NCBI GenBank assembly: GCA_964035545.1
Contig: OZ037769.1
Span: 11,686,633 to 11,750,632, forward strand
DNA: 64,000 nt
Direction: 5' to 3'
Source: Bugula neritina
Taxonomy: Eukaryota > Animalia > Bryozoa
Shown: positions 49,267-62,200 of the stretch, piece after piece
Position numbering within the stretch: the first letter of the stretch is position 1
How the letters are laid out: each line of letters begins with the position of its first letter
Position numbers and translations under genes: made by a program
The notes under the pieces: model-generated
Databases searched by the model: none
Told to the model about the DNA's origin: nothing
The model's input: only the letters and a program-made list of their open reading frames with translations

Positions 49267-52200
49267 CTGAATAAACAAGCCGTAATTCTTGCATAAAATT
49301 AACTTTTTTATTGAATTATAAAATATACAAGTCTCAAAGACACCACTGATTACGTTGCAAATGGCTATTAAATAAAGATTAAGCTTTAAATAGCAAATAA
49401 ATTTAATAGAACTTCATAAATTTGAAGTTTCAGAAATATCAAAATAATAAAAAATTGATTTTGTGATGGTTTATATTGGCAAGTTTAAACATCATTTTAG
49501 GATGACATTTTTTTAACTAAAATATGGCAACTTGAATATGAAAAGTAGATACTCACACTGCTATTTTTTATTTTTTTTGAATTGCATTATAACACCAATA
49601 CTACCAGCACTATTATTACTATACTATGCAATATCAGGAGTTTCTTTTCCTAACCTATGACTATTGATGAGTACCACTATGGATTAGTAAACAGCTACAA
49701 AATCATGGTTTAAACTAATACTATACATTCTGGGACTAAGTAGAAATAAATATATTGTTATTTTCATTATAATTATTAACCAGTACAATAAATATGAGCC
49801 TACTACCTACATATGTTAGTTATAACACTAAAATTAAATATGAAATTATAAAATAAATCATAAATATATTAACATTTTATTATAGGCCTAAACCATTACA
49901 AAATAATCACTATACTTATAATGCTGCTCATTTGTAAACTTGATATTCATACTTATGCTGATAGCAATAGACTGCAATAACTAGCAGAATAATAGTTTGA
50001 AATTGACCGTTTGAAAATAGGCTATCCCTAAACGCTAATGTAATAGTACAAGATGTTTGGTTCCACCCAAAATATATTTAAATTGCTCTTCAAATTGATA
50101 ATAGCAAAATACCAAAACCTACACATATACTTACAAAAAAAGTAAATAGCTAAGTTAAAAGTAAGCAATAATATGTTAATCATAATTATAATACAAATGA
50201 AATATTGAATTATATAAGGCTGGATATTAGTTGGATTAATTATAGTGTACAAATAATTGTATAGGTGTAAGGAAAGCCTAAAAATTAAAATTTTAATTTA
50301 TAATAGAACAAAAAGTATAGGTCCCAAAAAAGTAAACAAGTTTCATCACAATTAGAGGGTGTAGTGGTAGACTGCAGCAACAACTATGAACAGCGCTACT
50401 CATGCATATACTGTTGAGAGTGACACTAACAGTAACTGTGAGATCTATAAATTAGGGTCAATCAAGTAACAGTGCGAGTAAAAGTGTGAGTATTAATGTG
50501 AACTATCACTAAGTTACTAATACTATCACTATGACTATGCGTATGAGACTAAAATTTAATGTAACAGTAAGTAACTTGGTAACTATTAATTCAATAAAAT
50601 TAAACTAGTGCTTATGCCTTATCCTTAGTTATAGTTATACTAATACTTATAGTATTACTTTAACTATTAGTATTAGACATAGTTCAATACCTGAATAAGT
50701 TTCATAGTCACAATGAATATGACAATTACATTTAATATGAGTATGACTATCACTATCAGTATCTATCACTATGACTATCAATATACGTATTAGTAACTAT
50801 TAGTATCAGTAAATTACTATTATTCAAACATGAAACAATCATATTTTAATGATTGATATCGTCGTGGCCGTGGCTACACTTAATCTTATGACATTGACTA
50901 CTGGTACTACTACTAGTCTACTACTAGACCTAGTTTAGTAGACGTAGTAAATACTAAATTCGAATTAAGTGATCGACTATAACCATAAGTTATAACTTTT
51001 ACTTATACTGAGTTATAGTATAACTATAAGCAACTCAGTATGAGTTGCCACTTAGTCAATTACTAACAGCAACTATAGTCTAACTATAAGCCTGATCACT
51101 ATGAGTATGAGTAAAAGTAAGACTCTCACCCTAAGTTTATAAATATAAGTCTAAGTGTAACATCAACTACAACTAAAAGTAAAACTAAAAGTAAAAGTAA
51201 AAGTAAAACTAAAAGTTTTACTCAGTAAAAGTAAAAGTACAATAAAGTGTCTAATTTATTTTTTAACTTTAGTTTAAGTCTAAAAGTGAAACTAGCAGTA
51301 AAAGTTTTAGTCTTTCTCAAAGATTTGAATGACAGCATTTTCTAATCAATCAACATTATCATATAATGATGATAATATAATAATGATATAATAATGATAA
51401 TGATGGACCTGTAAATCTTGAAATTTACAGGTCAGTGTCGTGCAACGGTGCAGGGTTCTCTGAAATTGAAATTCGCTTGATGCAGCACACAGTTGGGACC
51501 GTTGAGGGACGGGAGGAGAGAAAAAATTTAGGATCGTGAGTCTAGAAGTTAGACGATGATAAATAGCTCTGTACAAATACTGCACGTAGTAACTCTGAAG
51601 TAAATGCTGCTTCTAGCGATCATCTTAGCAATGCAAAAATCCCTTCAGTTCTGTAATAAAAACATCTCCGAAGTGAAATTATAATAATATTATGTGATTT
51701 ACGAATTTACGTTCTAGTTCAATGTTGTCATAACTTATATCTTAAATTTGCTAAATCTCGGACTATCTCAAACATCTCAATACATTTGCTGGAATGAAAA
51801 GTAGAGTTGTCTTCTTTTTTATAAAACATTCTAATGCAAGATTGAAGATAGCTTAACCTAAAGTTGTCTTCCTTTCCTTAAGATGGTTTAACACAGTTGT
51901 AAACACTGAGTTATCTCAATCGTTGCAGATTGTGAAGACACATTAGCATAGAACACTTTGTAGAAAAGGTTCAGGAATATCATATGATCTCAGAGCAGCA
52001 TTTATTAAATTTTTGCTACCTATAAGATTGCGAAATAAATATATTTCCACTTTGTAATTTTAATGCAGACAGGAGCCTGCTGAGTAAAGATGGTCTCTCC
52101 ATTTTATTAGTTGCAACCAAATTCCCTGATTTTCTTAAAACTCTTGTAATGCCATGGATATTGAACATTTTTTATAGTTTTTATTCTATCTTTTACTATG

Positions 52201-54132
52201 CAATATTTAACTTATGATACAAAGTTTTACGAGCTATCTAAACACAAAATTCACCATGATAAATATGTCAAATTTATGGAAAGCCACTTCTATTTAATGA
52301 AACATAAATTTCTCTTCATTGAAAAATTAATTAATTGCATGGGAAAGAAACTTAGGCATAGTGCTTGCATAACATGTATATAACATAGGTTAATATTGAG
52401 TTAAAAGTGGAGATTGTGAAATTTTGATAGATTATTATTTTGTTTCAACATAAAAAGTTCTCATCATTAAAACATAAATCTTAAATTTTATATGAAAAGA
52501 AAAACAAAATCATGAAATTAACGTTATTTATTAAATCGCAAGAAAAAAGGAAAAGAATAAAACACTAGGAGTTTAAAACAACAATTAGATAATAATCCTG
52601 TATCATGCAACTTTTATATTATCCTGCAGAGTATTAATTCTAATTTTAGATCAGAGCTGCTTCAGAAAAAGGCCAGCGTTGAAGCTATTAGACTCTGAAT
52701 GGACAGATTACTTTAGCACACGAAATCTTATAGTCTTCTTCAACTCTCGTCTTCTTTCACCAGAAACTCCTCTCTAACAACCTTTTCTGACAAGTGACTG
52801 CATGTCACTTAATAGTATAGTATGATGGAGATATGAGAACAGAAAGAAAACAAAGGAAGTGCAAAACATAAAATTGTCGCTCACACTAGATTATGTCAAA
52901 GAAAGTGACTGTGAAGAGAAATCAAAAATAATATGTTCACAACAAACACAATAAAACCATGCAAGTATTAATATTGTATTATTATTAATTATGACATCAT
53001 GGCTTTATAAGTACAAAAGAAAACAATGGGTAGAAGTAGATGAACCATGAATAGGTGTGCAGGATGAGAATCTGTAAATGTTAGTAGCTGATGTGTTGAA
53101 GAAGGATATGCATGTGTGAAAAGATGGAGTTTATTTTGAGAATGTAGGCATAAGTTGATGAGTTGATCAGCTTTAATTTATCTCCTAATATCAACTAACT
53201 ACTGTACTTCCATGAGCCTTGCAGTGTAGAGAAACTGTCTTTATAAGCTATGGGCTGTTCGTAGTTGAAGTCATTTATTATCCGTGTTGGAGTGTGTTGA
53301 ATAACTCCCTTACATTAACTTTCACACAATTCATGCATTAAATTATATAAAAAAACAGGGGATTTTGTCTCATAGTGATAAAATAAAACGTTCACATAAC
53401 TGCAGTGTATAATCTTTATAATGTTAATAATAATATACAGTCTTCCCAACTTAAAATTTTATAATTAACATTTCATTGCATCTAATATATAACAATGCAA
53501 TCTAATTATACTGTCCAAATTCAATTAATTTGCTAAAATTATGCCCAAATATGGGCAAATCTTATACTTTCAACAATCAAGCAGTTGGCAAAATGTTATC
53601 AATCTTTCACTTGATATCTGAACTAGCAACAAGCAAAGTCAAAATGTCTCTCTGCATCACTCTGCTATTATAAGCTGTACAGAAATGTCTATCTTCATAT
53701 TTATGTTTTGTAAATGTTATTGTCTTGACTTGTACCTTGTATTTGGATTTCAACTTTGATGTTTTCCAGAGCTCTGGCAAACTCAATGTAAGCTGCATTC
53801 ATTTGAAGATCTCCTTTTTTCTTAGAAATATAAAAAATTTAATACTAAATTTAGCTGTGCAAAGATAGTAGCTGGCATGTTATACCATAGTAACTTTTAC
53901 TATAACGATTATATTTGTGAGTGAATTCAAATTGAAACATTCTTCATGCATTGCGTTATGCAGCTCTCAACTCTATGCCAAGGGGAGACTATAATTATGA
54001 GTATCAAAGAATTTATAGGTTTTTATTTTGTCTTTGAGTATGGAATGTAATCTATTGGGTATGATTATGTATATATAACATACAGTTACACAAATTCAAT
54101 AAATTGCATTGTATTATATAGGTGTTCATGAA

Positions 54133-54337
54133 GGGAGCAGCCATGGTCTAGGGGTTAGAGCGTTTGCCTAGTAAACACGAAGGTCATGGGTTCGAGCCCG
54201 GACAAAGGCCATTGGTGATGTTAGGAAAAGCATCCAGTCATAGTTGCTCCTGTGCCTCATTTAAATAAGTCGTTAGCCCGCTTTAACATAAATTCTTTCC
54301 ATCAGGGGTTTCTCACAGGGATAGCAACTTGCGTCAG
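54133..54337 (+). mobile_element. tRNA-derived SINE, copy 4
   Basis: Homologous to copy 1; imperfect 18-bp TSD TATATAGGTGTTCATGAA / TATATATGTGTTCAAGAA. Confidence 0.88.
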
Positions 54338-54851
54338 TATATATGTGTTCAAGAATTGAAAAACTAAAAATTAATGCTAATGCTGTTCCTTAATATATAA
54401 CAAAATGAATACTTTTTCAGATTGTCATGCCATGCAGAAAGAAAGTGTAGTAAAATATTATGTTAAAATCTCTCAAGTATTTCAAAATTAGTAACCATAG
54501 AATGTTTCAACTCATATTCTTTCAATGCACTGTCAGTTTACAATTTTAGATCAGAGCTGCTCAAGATGAAGGACCAGAGTTTAGACTTTGCTAAATGAAC
54601 AGACAATGATATTATTACACAACATCTTAATCTACTTCAACTTTCGTCTCTTCTCAACAGAAACTCCTCTTAATATGGCATGCAGTTTAATTCTTGTTAT
54701 AACATTTTTGTAACACATTGCATAATATGCTATACAATATATTGCACAATATATTATACGCATAATACTATGCGATATAGTAAAAAGTATATATTGCACA
54801 GTATATTATACACAATATAATACACAATATAATATGCCATGTATACTGTAG

Positions 54852-55341
54852 CTCCTAACTCCCCGCTAATCCCAGGAAATGAAATGTTGTTCTCATCGTA
54901 CCCGGGCTCTTTGATGTCTGGGGACGATTTTTACCTGCTGGGAAGTAACATTGTGAGTATAACATCATGTGTTGTGAGTATGACATCACGTGGTGCGAGT
55001 ATGACATCACGTGGTGTGAGTCGTACAGCTTTATCTCATTTAGCTTGTATAGTTTCATATTTCACATATGTATATCTTCGCTTTGTCGATCGTTAGCTTG
55101 AGATCATACATCATAAACTAGATCTAATGATTTGTTACCCCCCTTCCCATACTATTCCAATGCTTTCAGTTGGTTTTTAGACTAGCATGGAGACTACGAT
55201 AGGCAACTCCAGCCCTGATCTTATCAAGTACATCCAGCCCATGGGTACAGTCCTGGAGGGGATCAGAAGTCAGGTGGCCAATAGACTGGCTACAGATGGG
55301 TTATCCTGGGGGAAAGTATTCGCGGAGTACAACAGCGAGAT
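54852..55341 (+). pseudogene. PLBD2: Phospholipase B-like 2 gene fragment, two exons only
   Basis: Exon 54852-54952 (FSSYPGSLMSGDDFYLL) splices in phase to 55181-55341 (METTIGNS, VLEGIRSQVANRLA, WGKVFAEYNSE). Conserved NSGT reads NSE and the following donor is GCGAGT; no other PLBD exons seen. Confidence 0.75.
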
Positions 55342-55678
55342 GCGAGTTTTTTACCTTTAACCAGCCCCATTTATTTAAAGAAATCTTAGGCTAAAATGAT
55401 GATTTTAGTTTAAGTCGGACTTGTGATGAAAGAAAATTATATCACATAGGTGTAGTTATACAGACCTAGCCGAAACTCATGTCGCTAAATCTGCTCATAA
55501 GTTTTAGATTTTATAAGCTTGCAATATAGATTTTCTGTAGCAGAGCTGTTGCTGTGTGTTACAATCACCTGGTAGTTTAAGAGTGACTCAATCTACATTG
55601 TTGCTGGCAGAAATGTTAAATACATTATCAGACTCTCTTGTCAAACTGCTGACTTCATGTCACAAAACTCTAAACTAA

Positions 55679-58600
55679 GTTCTGTGCTCCTGCCAGGTTT
55701 TCATTACATGATGTTCGTAATTGTTTCATGTGAAAGTTTGAAGTTGTTTCTAACTAGTTGATAGCTATTCTAGGAGAGATTGCAATTGACATCTTCACTA
55801 GGAAACATTCAAATTAGCATCTCTCCTAGGCAAATTTGGCATATTTGCTAGGAGAATTGCCAATCCCACTAGGGTAGATTGCAATTAGCATCTCTTCTAA
55901 GCTGATTTTGCTTATTTGCTAGGAGGATTGCCAATCCCCCTAGGAGAAATTGCGATTGGTATCTCCACTAGGGGATGTTGCAATTAGATATCTATAAGGA
56001 TGAATGTGCATATAGTGACTACTAGCATGGCCAACCCTACTAGGAAAACCATATAATTAACAATTCCCTTCAGAAAAAGCCAATTGCTATCTCTGCTGGT
56101 AAAATAAGCAATTTTCCAAACAAAAAGTCCCAGTTACAGTGATTATCAAAGCTATAACCATATTGATTGCTATGCTCTATCCAGTATGAACATTTGCAGT
56201 TGTATAACCTATATGTTCAATCTCTGTACTCCTGCCAGGATTTAATTATATGATGTTTATAATTATTTCATGTGAAAGTTTGAAGTTGTCCCTGATTGGT
56301 TGGCATCTATACTAGGAAATATTGCAATTAGCATCTTTCCTAGGCTGATTTGGCATATTTGCTAGGAGAATTGCCAATCCCCGCTAGGAAAGATTGCAAT
56401 TGGCATCTCTCCTAGGCTGATTTGGCATATTTGCTAGGAGAATTGCCAATCCCCCTAGGAGTGATTGCAATTAGCATCTCTCCTAGGCTGATTTGGCATA
56501 TTTGCTAGGAGAATTGCCAATCCCACTAGGAGAGATTGCGATTGGTATCTCCACTAGAGGATATTGCAATTAGATATCTATAAGGATGAATGTGCATATA
56601 GTGACTACTAGCATGGCCAATCCTACTAGGAAAACCTCTAATTAACAATTCCCTTTAGAAAAAGCCAATTGCTATCTCTGCTGGTAAATAAGCAATTTTC
56701 CAAACAAAAAATCCCAGTTAAGGTGATTATCAAAGCTATAACCATATTGATTGCTATGCTCTATCAAGTATGAACATTTGCAATTGTATAACCTATATGT
56801 TCAATCTCTGTGCTCCTGCCAGGTTTTAATTATATGATGTTCATAATTATTTCATGTGAAAGTTTGAAGTTGTCCCTGATTGGTTGGCATCTATACTAGG
56901 ATATATTGCAATTAGCATCTCTCCTAGGCTGATTTGGCATATTTGCTAGGAGAATTGCCAATCCCCCTAGGAGAGATTGCAATTAGCATCTCTCCTAGGC
57001 TGACTTGGCATATTTGCTAGGAGAATTGCCAATCCCACTAGGAGAGATTGCGATTGGTATCTCCACTAGAGGATATTGCAATTAGATATCTATAAGGATG
57101 AATGTGCATATAGTGACTACTAGCATGGCCAATCCTACTAGGAAAACCTCTAATTAACAATTCCCTTTAGAAAAAGCCAATTGCTATCTCTGCTGGTAAA
57201 TAAGCAATTTTCCAAACAAAAAATCCCAGTTAAGGTGATTATCAAAGCTATAACCATATTGATTGCTATGCTCTATCAAGTATGAACATTTGCAATTGTA
57301 TAACCTATATGTTCAATCTCTGTGCTCCTGCCAGGTTTTAATTATATGATGTTCATAATTATTTCATGTGAAAGTTTGAAGTTGTCCCTGATTGGTTGGC
57401 ATCTATACTAGGATATATTGCAATTAGCATCTCTCCTAGGCTGATTTGGCATATTTGCTAGGAGAATTGCCAATCCCCCTAGGAGAGATTGCAATTAGCA
57501 TCTCTCCTAGGCTGACTTGGCATATTTGCTAGGAGAATTGCCAATCCCACTAGGAGAGATTGCGATTGGTATCTCCACTAGAGGATATTGCAATTAGATA
57601 TCTATAAGGATGAATGTGCATATAGTGACTACTAGCATGGCCAATCCTACTAGGAAAACCTCTAATTAACAATTCCCTTTAGAAAAAGGCAATTGCTATC
57701 TCTGCTGGTAAATAAGCAATTTTCCAAACAAAAAATCCCAGTTAAGGTGATTATCAAAGCTATAACCATATTGATTGCTATGCTCTATCAAGTATGAACA
57801 TTTGCAGTTGTATAATCTATATGTTCAATCTCTGTGCTCCTGCCAGGTTTTAATTATATGATGTTCATAATTATTTCATGTGAAAGTTTGAAGTTGTCTC
57901 TGATTGGTTGGCATCTATACTAGGAGATATTGCAATTAGCATCTCTCCTAGGCTGATTTGGCATATTTGCTAGGAGAATTGCCAATCTCCCTAGGAAAGA
58001 TTTCAATTGGTGTCTCCACTAGAGGACATTGCACTTGCATTTTTATAAAGATGAATGTGCATATAGTATGACCAATCCTACTAGGAAAACCTCTAATAAA
58101 CAATTCTCTTTAGAAAAAGCCAATTGCTATCTCTGCTGGTAAAATAAGCACTTTTCCAAACAAAAAATCCCAGTTACAGTGATTATCAACGCTATAACCA
58201 TATTGATTGCTATGCTCTATCAAGTATGAACATTTGCAGTTGTATAACCTATATTATGTTCAATCTCTGTACTCCTGCCAGGTTTTAATTATATGATGTT
58301 CATAATTATTTCATGTGAAAGTTTGAAGTTGTCCCTGATTGGTTGGCATCTATACTAGGAGATATTGCAATTAGCATCTCTCCTAGGCTGATTTGGCATA
58401 TTTGCTAGGATAATCGCCAATCCCACTAGGAGAGATTGCGATTGGTATCTCCACTAGAGGATATTGCAATTAGATATCTATAAGGATGAATGTGCATATA
58501 GTGACTACTAGCATGGCCAATCCTACTAGGAAAACCTCTAATTAACAATTCCCTTTAGAAAAAGCCAATTGCTATCTCTGCTGGTAAATAAGCAATTTTC

Positions 58601-59186
58601 CAAACAAAAAATCCCAGTTACAGTGATTATCAAAGCTATAACCATATTGATTGCTATGCTCTATCAAGTATGAACATTTGCAGTTGTATAACCTATATGT
58701 TCAAACTCTGTACTCCTGCCAGGTTTTAATTATATGATGTTCATAATTATTTCATGTGAACGTTTGAAGTTGTCCCTAACTGGTTGGCATCTATACTAGG
58801 AGAGATTGCAATTAGCATCTCTCCTAGGCTGATTTGGCAAATTTGCTAGGAGAATTGCCGATCCCCCTAGGAGTGATTGCAATTAGCATCTCTCCTAGGC
58901 TGAACTGGCATATTTGCTAGGAGAATTGCCAATCCCACTAGGAGAGATCGCGATTGGCATCTCCACTAGAGGATATTGCAATTAGATATCTATAAGGATG
59001 AATGTGCATATAGTGACTACTAGCATGGCCAATCCTACTAGGAAAACCTCTAATTAACAATTCCCTTTAGAAAAAGCCAATTGCTATCTCTGCTGGTAAA
59101 TAAGCAATTTTCCAAACAAAAAATCCCAGTTACAGTCATTATCAAAGCTATAACCATATTGATTGCTATGCTCTATCAAGTATGAA
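55679..59186. repeat. Complex tandem satellite, about 7 units of 441 bp plus 0-2 extra 71-bp subunits
   Basis: Units start with TCTGT(G/A)CTCCTGCCAGG at 55681, 56223, 56807, 57319, 57831, 58266 and 58707. Confidence 0.95.
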
Positions 59187-59200
59187 AATTTCCATCTATA

Positions 59201-62200
59201 TAGTCTGGCAGAAAAACACCAATTTTTGACTTAGGTTCGCAATCCCGGATAAAGTTTTTTTCTCTTCTGATTATTCAAATATAGGGTCTAGGTAAATGTT
59301 TCCAGGTGGGTATGAATTTCTTACCCTTGAGCATTTTGAGAAATTCAAGATGGCCGCCAGGCACCAGACGATTCTTTATAATTCAAATGTATCTACCCAC
59401 CAAAGCTAAATTTAAGGTTCCAATGTTTTGAAATCTTTAGAAATTAATATAATAAAGATGCATGTGCATTTGTCATGCGTATTATTGAGTAATAGGCAAA
59501 TGATACCCAAGGGTAGCTAAGCTAAGCCTTAATCATTCATTTTTTAAGTTTAACCTAGCCATGCCATGTTCATAATTTCCTTGCATCTCTGCATCAGTTT
59601 GTTCTAAATTCATGGAAACTTACTATGTGGGGTGATTTTATATGCTGATCACAAATATGTCCAACAAATAAAGCTGAAAGGGGTTCTGCAAAATTGAAAT
59701 GCAACGTCATTGTCATATGAGCTTAATAGCAATTTATTTTAAACTAGCATGCGTACATTAAAAAGGTTTGTTGAACTGTCAATTTAATAGTTATTTTCAG
59801 TTTTAAAATTTTAGCTAAACTTTTAAAAATTAGAAAAAAGGGTCAACAACTTTGATAATACAACACCATGACTTTTTAACATAATTTAATTGTTTCATTA
59901 TTGACACATCATTTATCTAAATATTGACATTTTGGCTTACAAAAACTACTTCTACAATCAGCACATTTGACTTTTTTTCTAAAAAACATTTGTAAACAGT
60001 TTTTGTATAAATGAGAATCTATTTCATGCTGGGGGAAGTAATACATCCATGAGAACAGTGGCTACTTACTATTTTCATACTAATCCCATTTCATAAACGC
60101 TTACTATTAATTTCTCCCCTTTAATGACCTATGTTGGGTGCACTGGAACACTAATGGTTGAAACGAATTTGGTAAAAGTAGTTAATTCTACTTTTGGTGG
60201 TTTCCCCAAAAATGCTAAATAGAAAAAGTTTTCCCAAAATGCACGGGGCCTGAGAATATTGGTGGAAGACCTGTTGAAGCCAGTCTTTGATGAAAGTGTA
60301 ATCACTAGCCTTGAAAAGATGTTGACTAAGATTTCAGAAAGCTCAAGAACAGCAAAACTGCGGGTCATGTGCTTTATCAGACCAATTTTTACCATCAACA
60401 CCCACATCATAGCTGATAGAGAAGAAGACTGGGCCTTACATCTAGCAATGGAAGAGGAAATGTACTGTCTGCTTAGCATGGAGGTCATGCCACAAGATGT
60501 AAGGATTGAATTCAAAGCTGGTAACTTCACAATGCATCATAACACATGACCATTGAGGTGATCTTCGTGAGATTTGGTCACAACAAGGGAAAATTATTGG
60601 CATCACCAATAAAACTGAAATTGGCAAGGTTTGGGTGTACAGCACTTCTGCATGCAACAAGATACAGTAAGGTCTCAGTGACATCAGAGATGGGTCTGAA
60701 GTAAATGCTTCTGCTACTCATAAGAAAGAGATGCAATCAACAATCTAGTCTGGTTCAAAGGACAGAGAGTCTGTCAAAAGGAAAATTAAACTCTGCAATG
60801 TCTCACTCAAAGAAGGATGCCACCCAGTTACTCTTATTAACATTAAAACAGAGAAAGTTATCAGTTATTCAGCAATTATTATTGACAAAATTTTGTTATA
60901 AGTAAAGCATCTATACAAAAATTTAAAGTGAAGTAGTCAGAGGGGTTAAATAAATCCTTGTCATCTAAAGTGAAGACAATATTATTATTTCAAAAGCATA
61001 TTAAGGTTTCTAATACCACTGCGTATGATACTGAAGTCATATATACCCGAGCCATTGCACTCAAGCAGACCAAGAATTTGGACGCTGCAGACTCTTTAAT
61101 GGCTCACAAACTTGCAGCATTGCCATCCTTTACATTCAAAGAAGCAGGGAAAATAAGAGAAGCTAAGACCAAGTCAATTCTCAAAAAATCTGTGAAAATT
61201 GAGTTTTCAGAACAGTCCGCGACAAGAAGATAAGAAAATTTCCACCAAGCTGCAGGTTTTGTTATACAAGATGGCAATAAAAACTTCACTGATGTATGGA
61301 TATCAGACATGGCCACTGACTCAAAGACAAGAGAACAAAATAATGCAACTGAGATGAGGATGCTTTGACACATTTACAATATAGAGTGGGAAGATCATAT
61401 AACAAATGCTTATATAAGGAGGAGGCCAAATTAAAAGTCATTGCATTAGGCGTGAGGAGAAGACCTTTTCAATGGTATGGACATGTGCACAGAAGAGATA
61501 GGGAGGAAGATATTATAATGGTGGCTGAGATGAAGATACAGAGAAAGAGAGGGAGGCCAAAGAAAAGGTTAATGGATACAGTGAAGGATGACATACTGAA
61601 ATGTGGCCTCTCGGATGAAGATGTTAACAACAGAATCAGATGACACTCTTTGATAGCACTTGGTGCCCTGCAAAACCGCTACCCATCCTAGACCACAGCG
61701 TACTAGGTGAGAAAGTCCAAGACAAATTCCTATAATGAACAATTTGCTGCCGTCCCATGGCCTCTCATCAAAGTGTGATACAGTGGCAACAATGCAAAAT
61801 ATTGGAAAGGGAGTCATACTAAATGTCTTGGTAGAAGAAAAGTGTGATTTGGTGACACTAGGGCTTCTTTTTAGGATGACTATTTATACAAGCTACCACG
61901 TTTATGCTGTGTTGCTACGCTTATGCAAAGTGCTCCTCCATGACATCTACAAGACAAAAGGTTTAGAAAACCAAGGTCAGCAATGCTGTTTGCGATGTGC
62001 CTTTAACTTATGTACTTTGCCTCCTACAGATGAAGCTATTGCACAATGTCACCAGAGCACACCTCCAGGTAGCCATATGAAACTTCGGCATTAAACTCAC
62101 TAGAACATTGGTAGGTGAAAAGAGATCTAATAGAATCTCTTTTATCAAAAAAGTAGGAAATGATGTTGTGCTTACACCAGCCAGTATTATGGAGTGGATC

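Noticed and set aside
1123-55341. Functional phospholipase cluster (PLC plus PLBD2)
   Set aside because: The enzymes are unrelated and PLBD2 is only a fragment; proximity is likely coincidental.
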